From a virus, in the IMG/VR virus record IMGVR_UViG_3300045988_166882: a stretch of 64,000 bases of DNA. The stretch is one strand, 5' to 3'. Under the pieces are notes generated by a model that worked only from the letters and a program-made list of their open reading frames with translations, did not search any database and was not told where the DNA came from. A program made the position numbers and the translations under genes. Of this stretch, positions 35,076 to 43,046 are shown piece after piece (within the stretch, counting starts at the first letter, position 1; every line of letters begins with the position of its first letter).

Positions 35076-35577
35076 TCCCGCGGCGTTCGCTATCAACGAC
35101 ACCGTGCGCGACCTCATCAGTAAGGTGGCCGATGATACCGCCAACCCCGAAATCGTCATCACCTCGACGCTCCGTACCCCTGAAGCGCAGGCCAAGGCTA
35201 TGGCCGACAACCTGTATGCCGGTAAACGTATCCGCTACCGTGCGCCGGGTGCAGCCGTTACCAAGGTCTTTGACGACAACTGCAAAAAGCAGGCCCGCTC
35301 CGAGGTCGAGAAACTGATGGTGGCTGAAATCGAACGCCAAGCCGCCATGGGGCAGCGTGTATCGCTTCACTGTACGACGGAGGCGTTGTACCGCCAGTGT
35401 AACATCATCGACCTTTCGATCTCGCAGATGAAGAACCCGCGTGACTTCACCAACGCTTTGGCTAAAGAGGAGAAGTGCCGTAAGATCATCACGCCGCTTG
35501 GCGACGTTAAGTATGAAAGCCCCAAGGTGTCTATCGACGGCAATGAAGCCGCGCTCCACGTCGAGATTTTGGCGTAA
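35053..35577 (+). CDS. M15/LAS-type zinc peptidase, endolysin candidate
   Basis: ITSTLRTPEAQ, SLH...IIDLS and ALHVEI parallel the xGxRTxxxQ / SxH...D / HVE ligand pattern of T5-type L-alanyl-D-glutamate peptidases. The H-to-D spacing is longer than usual. Confidence 0.5.
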   Translation: MAKITYNNPAAFAINDTVRDLISKVADDTANPEIVITSTLRTPEAQAKAMADNLYAGKRIRYRAPGAAVTKVFDDNCKKQARSEVEKLMVAEIERQAAMGQRVSLHCTTEALYRQCNIIDLSISQMKNPRDFTNALAKEEKCRKIITPLGDVKYESPKVSIDGNEAALHVEILA

Positions 35578-35613
35578 CAAGTATAATGTTAGAAACTTAT
35601 AAAATTTAAGAAT
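35574..35613 (+). promoter_or_regulatory. conserved intergenic element GTAACAAGTATAAT...AAATTTAAGA (late-promoter candidate)
   Basis: 14/14 identity with 54927-54940, and AAATTTAAGA is shared just before the ATG. A related ACAAGTATAA occurs at 38645. Confidence 0.4.
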
Positions 35614-37359
35614 ATGCCGAGTTTTGTAAATATGGCGTCGCTTACCAAGTTGACGTCGATTACGGGAAACGAAGAGTTTCAAGTCTCAGCTACCAACAAG
35701 ATTAGTTCAAGAGACATAGCTTCATTGGCGCTTACACAGCAATTACATGGTTTATCGGAGGTCACTATTGGATCACCAAAAATATCAAGTACCTCGTTGT
35801 TGCTGTCTGCCATAGCAGCACTTTACAGGCTTAGTAGCGACAATGGTAAAATACTTCCAATTTCCAACGGTATTGATAAGTTCGGAAATGTCGTTTTTTC
35901 CGGTACTAATGCAGTCGGGATATTATTCGATGTGAAGGCATCCAAATACTTTACCCGATCAGGAGTGACTGCCACTGCAATCTTCAACAGCGCGCAATGG
36001 ATTTCTTGGTTGCAAGACGGAGAGGCTCATGAGATGGACGGTGGTTCCGGTGTTGCCGATCCGATTCAGATTCACGACTTCGCCGAGGTCAGTGCTATCG
36101 ACAACTGGCCGACGCCTAAAGACGGTCTGATTATTCCGTTTGTTACGGATTCAGGCGTTCTGAATAAACCGGGGAACGAATCCGAGTACGTGGGCATCAT
36201 CATCTGCGAAGTAGATACCCAAAATACGGGCCGCGCCGAAGTAATTGCTTACGGATGTGGAACTGGTGCGTGCTATGTAGGATTACTGGATTATGCTTCG
36301 GTCAGTATCGAATGGATGGTAAACAAAATGTCGGTCGCTGGCAAAAAACTTAGCGCGTTTACCGGTACTGCAATCGGAAACTATATTCAGAGCATGGGAA
36401 ATGCTGGTGACTTATTTCCGTTCGTCACTGTAAACGCCAACAAGACTACCGCTAACCAGTTTCCGGCCAACGGTGCATGGAGTGGATTCGTCACCATTGG
36501 TGACGGGGGTGGTGTAAACATTATTGCTTTCAAAAGCACCACTGATCCGAATGCCGAGGTTTATGTCGGTCGTTGTAGTGGCGGCACTACCCAATGGACC
36601 CTCGTCGGTGGTGGTAGTGGTGGTGGTGGTGGACTGGACGTGATTAATGTTCCTATGGGCGGTGATATAGGCTCCATCATTGCTGGTGCAAACTGGAAAC
36701 AAACGGGAATGGAGGGAGAGATGAAAGCCGTTTTTGTCTTGGACCCTGCAAGTGTTGTTGGAGACTATTTTCCGAATCTTAAAAACGCTCAGACACTCGC
36801 AGGATTTGCTCAATGTGTCTATGACGGTTCAGACTATCAGTATTTCATAACCACCCTATTCCCGTATACAGACACATTACGCAATCTCTCAAAAGAGTAT
36901 GGGCGAATTCTTTCAGAAACTAACGGGGATGTTATCGACTATGAAGAATATCCGTATTGTGGAGAGGCCCCTATTCCCGGTTATTCTACTTTAGTGAACG
37001 TATGGCGTGGTCCTTTAGTGACAGATAGTACCGGGGTTATAAATTTTAACGCTGAGATACCTACATCTTCAAAGATATTGGTTGTCGCAAAACTGCGTAG
37101 CTCAACTGCTACAACAGCCAATGTCGTAGCGAATATCCCTATAACTTTTGTTGATGTAAATTCGACAGGCCAAGGAATTATACTCGACTACACAAACCTA
37201 CTCATAGGTAAAAACGGTGTTCCCGGTTCCATAAGGCTCATTTGTTCGTCTGTTATTACTGGAGCTACGGGTGTACAAGGTATGAATTTCGTGTTACAAG
37301 TGAGCAACGTATCAGATGTGTCTAATATTCTCGAAATAGCGATGTATAGCAATAGATAG
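35614..37359 (+). CDS. tail fibre / receptor-binding protein (expressed orientation)
   Basis: 581 aa, Ser/Thr/Gly/Asn-rich, with a Gly linker GGGSGGGGG. The C-terminal 252 aa are homologous to the inverted cassette 37844..38605. The locus is AT-richer than its neighbours. Ends with TAG. Confidence 0.6.
   Translation: MPSFVNMASLTKLTSITGNEEFQVSATNKISSRDIASLALTQQLHGLSEVTIGSPKISSTSLLLSAIAALYRLSSDNGKILPISNGIDKFGNVVFSGTNAVGILFDVKASKYFTRSGVTATAIFNSAQWISWLQDGEAHEMDGGSGVADPIQIHDFAEVSAIDNWPTPKDGLIIPFVTDSGVLNKPGNESEYVGIIICEVDTQNTGRAEVIAYGCGTGACYVGLLDYASVSIEWMVNKMSVAGKKLSAFTGTAIGNYIQSMGNAGDLFPFVTVNANKTTANQFPANGAWSGFVTIGDGGGVNIIAFKSTTDPNAEVYVGRCSGGTTQWTLVGGGSGGGGGLDVINVPMGGDIGSIIAGANWKQTGMEGEMKAVFVLDPASVVGDYFPNLKNAQTLAGFAQCVYDGSDYQYFITTLFPYTDTLRNLSKEYGRILSETNGDVIDYEEYPYCGEAPIPGYSTLVNVWRGPLVTDSTGVINFNAEIPTSSKILVVAKLRSSTATTANVVANIPITFVDVNSTGQGIILDYTNLLIGKNGVPGSIRLICSSVITGATGVQGMNFVLQVSNVSDVSNILEIAMYSNR
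36589..36600 (+). repeat. left arm of 12-nt imperfect inverted repeat (ACCCAATGGACC) at the constant/variable junction
   Basis: Encodes T-Q-W-T. Its partner at 38594..38605 reads ACCCAGTGGACC on the minus strand (11/12 identical), in the same codon phase. Confidence 0.55.
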
Positions 37360-37401
37360 ATTAACAGTGGTGCATCTTCGGGTGGAATAGCTCCCGGTAC
37401 A

Positions 37402-37809
37402 GTGATATTCAACGACGAATTTTCGTTTGATGGCTACACCAGCGCAAATCCCGGTCAGTTGTCTCTCTTACAACCTATTCCGTTAGGGTCCATAGTGACT
37501 TTCATAGGATCGTATTATTTTGGACTTCCCGCCGAAGAAATTTTACTTTCACCCGAAAGCCATACATGGTCATTTACAGTAGCTTTACCCACTGGAGCTT
37601 CCAGTGTCGCACACTATCTGAAAGACATGTTAGTCGTGCAAAATCCCGATACAAATTTGGTAGTAGACAGACAATCCGCGATGTACAAAATAGATGCCAA
37701 AAATCTCGTTAATGGCAAAATCAGTACAATAGATATGTACGCTACTGGAGTTCTGTTGTCTGATATGTATTTAACGATTGAGCAAATTATCTATGTTGCG
37801 CAGGTATAG
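37402..37809 (+). CDS. hypothetical protein (135 aa), possibly fibre chaperone or read-through extension
   Basis: No ATG start (GTG at 37402). It is in the same frame as the fibre gene and separated from it only by TAG (37357-37359) plus 14 sense codons. Confidence 0.4.
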   Translation: MIFNDEFSFDGYTSANPGQLSLLQPIPLGSIVTFIGSYYFGLPAEEILLSPESHTWSFTVALPTGASSVAHYLKDMLVVQNPDTNLVVDRQSAMYKIDAKNLVNGKISTIDMYATGVLLSDMYLTIEQIIYVAQV

Positions 37810-37813
37810 AATA

Positions 37814-37845
37814 AATCCCCCTCCTATTAAGAGGGGGATTTTCTT
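37814..37845. terminator. bidirectional rho-independent terminator between convergent genes
   Basis: Perfect 10-bp stem AATCCCCCTC / GAGGGGGATT with a 7-nt loop. T-rich on the + side (TTTCTT) and A-rich upstream (T-rich on the minus strand). Confidence 0.8.
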
Positions 37846-38533
37846 AGATATTGGCATACACACCTTTAATCCGCAAAATATCAGATGGATTACCTAAATT
37901 GTTTGATGTTACAACTACTTGTAATCCCTGAATCCCTTTCGCTCCTGTCACAACAGAAGCAACATTCAAACGGATTTGCCCGATATTAGTTCCGGACGCA
38001 ATACTTCGGGTGTTCAAATCCATAAGTGTTGCTGCTTGTACGGGATTAAAGAACGTTACAGGAATAGCCACTGATCGAATGTCAGCATTGGGACCAGCCG
38101 ATGATCTGAGTTCGGCGTCAATGAACATTGCCGTACTGTTGATGACCTCATAGTTAAAATTCACAATCATCAAACTCCCTGCTGATAATGCCAAGTCATA
38201 TTGATTGGCTATTTTGGTAAATCCGGGGATAGGGGATGCAAAGGTACCAATGGGGGTCAACATGGTCTCCATTACGTCACCGCTATTGTTCATCAGCACT
38301 TCTCCCCGGTAAGCGATCCGGCCTGATGTTTCCCATATTGTGAAGGTTAGTCCAATGTGTTGATAATCTCCGCCATCATACACACGCTGGGCATATCCAA
38401 CAATAGTAGATTCAGCCTGCGGAAAAGAAGCGTTTTTGATCTGAGGTAATTGATCGTATATATCGGATGACGGCTCTATGAATACAGGCACTATTTCGCC
38501 ATCCTTATCCCACGAGTGATTTTCAACAATCAT
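37844..38533 (-). CDS. alternative tail-fibre C-terminal cassette (only minus-strand gene), likely silent/5'-truncated in this orientation
   Basis: The 229-aa ORF aligns block by block with the C-terminus of 35614..37359. The homology continues 24 codons upstream of its ATG, up to position 38605, in an open frame with no start codon. Confidence 0.6.
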   Translation of the reverse strand: MIVENHSWDKDGEIVPVFIEPSSDIYDQLPQIKNASFPQAESTIVGYAQRVYDGGDYQHIGLTFTIWETSGRIAYRGEVLMNNSGDVMETMLTPIGTFASPIPGFTKIANQYDLALSAGSLMIVNFNYEVINSTAMFIDAELRSSAGPNADIRSVAIPVTFFNPVQAATLMDLNTRSIASGTNIGQIRLNVASVVTGAKGIQGLQVVVTSNNLGNPSDILRIKGVYANI

Positions 38534-38593
38534 CGTGATGGATTCATCCGACCCGATGTATATAGGGTCAACTGCCCCACCTCCGCCAACAGC

Positions 38594-38605
38594 GGTCCAC
38601 TGGGT
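38594..38605 (-). repeat. right arm of the inverted repeat (ACCCAGTGGACC on the minus strand)
   Basis: See 36589..36600. Homology between the two fibre copies starts exactly here. Confidence 0.55.
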
Positions 38606-38644
38606 GGGGACGTGTTTTGCCCCACGTCAACACGATTCGCCATT

Positions 38645-38654
38645 ACAAGTATAA
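38645..38654 (+). promoter_or_regulatory. ACAAGTATAA element upstream of the prohead protease gene
   Basis: Matches the core of the 35574 and 54927 elements. It lies 29 nt upstream of ATG 38683. Confidence 0.3.
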
Positions 38655-38682
38655 CGCTGATAACAGTACACTATCGTAAAAC

Positions 38683-40227
38683 ATGTTTAAGGACGATAAA
38701 TTCAATTTCTGGTGCCCTATCGGGCGCATCGAGAAGGCCACCGACGAAGCGGGTGAACCCGTTATGCGTATCGGCGGTATTGCCTCTACCATGGATAAGG
38801 ACGCCGATGGCGAATACCTCGATCCCACGGGGTTTGACATCGAGCCGCTGAAGAACTCCGGAATGGTTAACTGGCACCACCAAGCCAAGAACTCCCCAGC
38901 CGCTATTATCGGTGAGCCGTCGAAGGTCGAGTTGCGTCCTGAAGGTCTTTGGATCGAGAGCGACCTGTACGCTTCGTCGCCTATGGCTAATGAGGTCTAC
39001 GAACTGGCCAAAACTCTCGAAGAAGACAGCAAGACGCGCCGCTTGGGGTATTCCATCGAAGGAAAGGTTGTAAAGCGTGCTTCTAACGACAAGAAGTCGC
39101 CCCTCTACAACAAGATCGTTAAGGCCGTTATCACTGGCGTGGCCGTAACCCACATGCCCAAGAATCCTCATACGTTCGTCAACATCATAAAAGGCCAAAT
39201 CGACGCCGACGGCATTGAGGTCGATTTGGAGGAAGAGGACGACAACGCCGAACAGCGCGGTGGTGATACCGAGAAGAAGGCTCTTACTACGTCCAGTGGC
39301 GCAGCGTTGATGCCTGAGTCGGTCGACGGCCAACCGAAGAAAACGTTCTCGAAATCTTCCGTCATGGAATGTATCTTCCGCGACATTCCAAATATTACAA
39401 TACCGAACGCCCAAGAAGTGTACACTTTAATCAAAAACATATCGGTTATGAACAAACGCAAATCCATCACTTCCGAGGACATCGAGAAGGCATACGACGC
39501 TCTGGGGCTGAATCCCGAGGGTAAGGTTGCCGCCGATGCCGAAGACGTGCAAAAGGGTGACGACGCCGACGGCCAGATGGGTAAGGAAGACGAAACCCAC
39601 GACGACGAGCCGCGTCATAACGCCGCCAACATGAAAAATGCTAAGGCCGGCAAGAAGGAGGAATCCGAAGAGGAGACCGAAGACGACGACGAGGGCTTCG
39701 AGCAGTGCGACAAGAACGGAGCCAAGATGAAGAAGGCCGCCGACAACGACCTCATGAAGGCTATTCAGGGCATTGGTAACGACTTCAAGTCGTACATCAA
39801 AGCTACTGCCGTACTGGTGAACGATCTCCGTCAGAAACGCGCTGAGGACGCTAAACGTATCGCCGAACTCGAAGACGTCATCAAAGGCCAGACCGAGGTC
39901 ATCGAAGGCTTCTCTACCAAACTGGAACGCTACGGCAGCGAGGTTCCGCGCCCCAAGTCGCTGCGTTCGGCTACGGTGGTTGACCGCGCTTTCGCCAAGG
40001 GTGACACCAAAGGCGACATCGAGAAGGCCGACGGCATTACCCGTATCTCCATGACGGAGCATCCCAAGGCCGTTGCTTCGCTGCTCGATCAGGCGTCGTT
40101 CGCCAAGGGCTACGACAAGGAGTACGGTGACGCGCTTTTGGCGTTTGAGGCCAGGCCGGAAGACGGCGTTCCTTCGAACATCATCGCTCGTCTGAAGGCG
40201 GAAACCGGATACGAGATCGTGAAGTAG
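38683..40227 (+). CDS. prohead protease (HK97/U35-like) fused to an acidic scaffold-like C-terminal region
   Basis: The N-terminal ~170 aa (DKDADGEYLD..., VNWHHQ..., AAIIGEP, RLGYSIEGKV) look like a prohead serine protease. The C-terminal ~300 aa are acidic and coiled-coil-like. It lies directly upstream of the capsid gene. Confidence 0.7.
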   Translation: MFKDDKFNFWCPIGRIEKATDEAGEPVMRIGGIASTMDKDADGEYLDPTGFDIEPLKNSGMVNWHHQAKNSPAAIIGEPSKVELRPEGLWIESDLYASSPMANEVYELAKTLEEDSKTRRLGYSIEGKVVKRASNDKKSPLYNKIVKAVITGVAVTHMPKNPHTFVNIIKGQIDADGIEVDLEEEDDNAEQRGGDTEKKALTTSSGAALMPESVDGQPKKTFSKSSVMECIFRDIPNITIPNAQEVYTLIKNISVMNKRKSITSEDIEKAYDALGLNPEGKVAADAEDVQKGDDADGQMGKEDETHDDEPRHNAANMKNAKAGKKEESEEETEDDDEGFEQCDKNGAKMKKAADNDLMKAIQGIGNDFKSYIKATAVLVNDLRQKRAEDAKRIAELEDVIKGQTEVIEGFSTKLERYGSEVPRPKSLRSATVVDRAFAKGDTKGDIEKADGITRISMTEHPKAVASLLDQASFAKGYDKEYGDALLAFEARPEDGVPSNIIARLKAETGYEIVK

Positions 40228-40267
40228 AAACACCCAAACTATTCCATAACATAATCAATTCCAAATC

Positions 40268-41755
40268 ATGGACAGACTTTCTATCAATCTCGCCGACTAT
40301 GGCATCCAAGCGCGTGGTGCCCAGTACGGCTCGTCCAGTCAGGAAGAGGTCGCTGCGCTGAACAAAGCCCTCGAAGCCACCGACATCACGGGTCGTCAGA
40401 CGACGAACCTTACCGATGCCTCCGGTGCGCCGCTGAAGGTGGAGTCGCTGGAGCGTACTCTGAAGCACCTGACGTTCCGTGAGAGCGACATCGTTCTCTG
40501 GAAGAACCTGCCGAAAAAGGCCGCCTACAACACCGTTGAGGAGTACAACCAGTTGGCATCGTACGGTGCTGACCGCGGTGGCTTCACCAACGAAGGCGAA
40601 CTCCCCGACGAGGAAGACTCGATCTACATCCGTCGGGCTCAGCTGGTGAAATACCTCGGCGTCACCAAGTCGGTTACGCACCAGATGACCCTCGTCAACA
40701 CGATGGTGGGCAACATCATGGAGCGCACCATCAAAGACGGTACGCTGTGGATTCTCCGCAAGCTGAACAAGTCGCTGTACTACGGCAACTCGGACATCAT
40801 CCCGCAGGAGTTCAACGGTCTGCTGGCTCAGCAGCTGCAGTCGGACGCATGGAGCGGTCTGGACGCTTACCTCAACTCTGAGAACGTGATCGACCTTCGC
40901 GGTCGTGGCCTGACCGAGGACCCCATCGAGACGGCTGCCAACTCGATCGTCGAGAACTACGGCCTCGGAACCGAGCTGTATGCTCCCCCCGCCGTTCTTT
41001 CGGACTTCGTCAAGACGTTCTACGGCAACAAGTTCATCCAGCCCAACACCGCCCAGACCAGCGCCGGTATCATGGGTCAGCGCGTTCAGGCGTTCGACTC
41101 GCAGTTCGGCCGCATCGGCCTCAACTACGACGTCTTCTTCAAGAAGGCTCCGTTCAAGGTTGCTGGTGCTCAGTCGACGCATCCCAAGTCGCCCGCCGCT
41201 CCCGTATGGGACACCGCCGCTCCGGCTACGGTTGTTGCTGACGTGACGACCTCGAAGTTCAACTCGGAGGACGCTGGCAACTACATCTACGCTATCGCAG
41301 CCATCAACCGCCACGGCGAGTCGTCGCTGGTGGTGAACGAGACTCCGGTGGCCGTGACTGCGGGGTCGGTCGTTGACCTCAAGTTCTCGATCGTGGACAA
41401 CGCTCACCCGGCTACGGGTTATCGCGTGTACCGTTCGAAGAAGGGTGGCGACAAGAACAGCAAACTGTACCCGATCTTCGACATCTCGGTGGCTCAGCTG
41501 AAACTGGGTTACGCAGGGGCTGCCGGCGATCTGTGCCGCGATAACAACTACTTCCTGCCCGACTGCGATCAGGCCTTCCTGGTTCAGTTCGACAACGAAG
41601 TGATCGAGTTCGCTCAGCTGGCTCCGCTGATGAAGATGGACCTCGCGATTCTGTCGCCTGCGTACCGCTTCATGGTGCTGCTGTACGGTACGCCGTTCCT
41701 GTACGCGCCGAAGAAGTTGGTCCGCCTGATCAACATCGGACGCGCCTCCAACTAA
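40268..41755 (+). CDS. major capsid protein (HK97-fold, probable)
   Basis: 495 aa, directly after the protease/scaffold and followed by a strong hairpin. The N-terminal region resembles MCP families that carry a delta-like segment. The antisense 408-aa ORF is judged a shadow ORF. Confidence 0.7.
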   Translation: MDRLSINLADYGIQARGAQYGSSSQEEVAALNKALEATDITGRQTTNLTDASGAPLKVESLERTLKHLTFRESDIVLWKNLPKKAAYNTVEEYNQLASYGADRGGFTNEGELPDEEDSIYIRRAQLVKYLGVTKSVTHQMTLVNTMVGNIMERTIKDGTLWILRKLNKSLYYGNSDIIPQEFNGLLAQQLQSDAWSGLDAYLNSENVIDLRGRGLTEDPIETAANSIVENYGLGTELYAPPAVLSDFVKTFYGNKFIQPNTAQTSAGIMGQRVQAFDSQFGRIGLNYDVFFKKAPFKVAGAQSTHPKSPAAPVWDTAAPATVVADVTTSKFNSEDAGNYIYAIAAINRHGESSLVVNETPVAVTAGSVVDLKFSIVDNAHPATGYRVYRSKKGGDKNSKLYPIFDISVAQLKLGYAGAAGDLCRDNNYFLPDCDQAFLVQFDNEVIEFAQLAPLMKMDLAILSPAYRFMVLLYGTPFLYAPKKLVRLINIGRASN

Positions 41756-41773
41756 CGAAACAATCGTTCAACC

Positions 41774-41812
41774 GAGAAGCGGGGGTGGGGGTAGCCCCAT
41801 CTCCGCTTTCTC
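41774..41812 (+). terminator. strong stem-loop after the capsid gene (terminator/attenuator candidate)
   Basis: GAGAAGCGG...TGGGG-GTAG-CCCCA...CCGCTTTCTC, an imperfect ~16-bp stem. The T tract is weak. Confidence 0.5.
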
Positions 41813-41827
41813 ATTAAATCGTTTACA

Positions 41828-42211
41828 ATGAAACTGAAAACCACCAATGCGTCCCTGTACGGTTCGCGCCTCGCTGTCCCCGTTGACGGCACCATTCAAA
41901 TCGACCGCAACGGCGAGATCAACGTATCTGAAGCCTGCGCCAAACATCTGCTGACGCTGCCCGAATGGCAGGCCGTTGCAGGAAAGAAGGCTGAAAAGGC
42001 CGCCGAGGAGACCGCCGCCGAAGCCACGGCCGAGGATCAGGACAAGGTCGTCATTGACCAGATTCGCGCCATGTCGCTCGACGAGATGCTCGAGACCGCC
42101 GCCGAAGCAGGTTATCCTGAGGACGAGTTCAAGAAGTTCAAGAAGAACCCCAAATTGATGGCAGCCTATCTGGTGAAGAAATACAAGGCCGCTGTCACCT
42201 CTGAGGAGTAG
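41828..42211 (+). CDS. hypothetical virion-module protein (127 aa)
   Basis: ATG ORF between the capsid and neck genes, with an acidic, Ala-rich centre. Confidence 0.55.
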   Translation: MKLKTTNASLYGSRLAVPVDGTIQIDRNGEINVSEACAKHLLTLPEWQAVAGKKAEKAAEETAAEATAEDQDKVVIDQIRAMSLDEMLETAAEAGYPEDEFKKFKKNPKLMAAYLVKKYKAAVTSEE

Positions 42212-42251
42212 TTTCCTCGTCTCACCGTTACGACTCGCAAAACAGACCAAA

Positions 42252-43046
42252 ATGACTCTTCAATTAGACATCCTCTATAACAAGAACGAAGGCCTCGTGT
42301 TAAGCCCTTCGGAACTGGCTGAAAACTACCTTTTCGGCATTCCGATGTGTGCACCCGATGGCCAGCGCGTTTCGGAGTCTTCGATCAAGACCCAGATCAA
42401 GGTAGCGCAGGCGCAGGTAGAACACCTGTTGTCGGTGAAACTCAAAAAGCAGGTCATCGAAGAGAGCCGCGACTACATTCGCGAAGAGTGGAACAACTGG
42501 GGTTTCGTCCGCGCGATGTACCCCGTGGTCTGTATTCGTTCGTTGTGCGGTTTCATCAACTCTGTAATGCAGACCCGCTACCCCTCCGAGTGGCTTTCCA
42601 TCAAGAAGATCGCTTCTGTGGCCGTGTACCGTAATATCTCGCTGATCCCCAATTCGGGTTCCGGAAAGGGCGCCATCATGACGCAGAACTCGTACGTGTA
42701 CAACGGTATTGCCCCTAACTTGGGGTGGTTTGGTCAAAAGTACATCCCTAACTACTGGCGGTTGAAATACGTCACCGGGTGGGACGAAATACCCGCCGAC
42801 CTGTTGAACTTTATTGCCAAGGCAGCAGCGTTGAACGTGCTGGCAGTAATAGGCGATGTACTTTACGGCGTGGGCATGTCGTCGGTGAGTATCTCACTCG
42901 ATGGTGTGTCACAAAACACGCCGTTGACACGTTCGGCCCAAGGCGGCCTATTCGGCGGCCGCATCAAGTTATATCTGGACGAACTGAATCAACAACTGCC
43001 GAATCTGAAGAACCAATACCGCGGTATCGCGTTTGATGTACTGTAA
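42252..43046 (+). CDS. hypothetical head-tail connector-module protein (264 aa)
   Basis: Position only. Confidence 0.55.
   Translation: MTLQLDILYNKNEGLVLSPSELAENYLFGIPMCAPDGQRVSESSIKTQIKVAQAQVEHLLSVKLKKQVIEESRDYIREEWNNWGFVRAMYPVVCIRSLCGFINSVMQTRYPSEWLSIKKIASVAVYRNISLIPNSGSGKGAIMTQNSYVYNGIAPNLGWFGQKYIPNYWRLKYVTGWDEIPADLLNFIAKAAALNVLAVIGDVLYGVGMSSVSISLDGVSQNTPLTRSAQGGLFGGRIKLYLDELNQQLPNLKNQYRGIAFDVL

Noticed and set aside
37357-37359. Genome-wide TAG reassignment (TAG as sense codon) as the explanation for the in-frame TAG after the fibre gene
   Set aside because: TAG clearly terminates other well-defined genes, namely the terminase at 11472-11474 and the dUTPase at 12867-12869. The only tRNA in the window is a normal Gln(UUG), not a CUA suppressor. 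No other gene appears interrupted by in-frame TAG.
35614-38605. Diversity-generating retroelement (template/variable repeat) as the source of the two fibre C-termini
   Set aside because: No reverse transcriptase is in the window. The two copies are diverged along their full ~250 aa at the protein level, rather than differing at adenine-specific positions of a short near-identical repeat.
40181-41407. 408-aa minus-strand ORF
   Set aside because: It is antisense to the major capsid gene. It is Arg/Val/Gly/Leu-rich with no motifs. The + strand ORF has the expected position and features.
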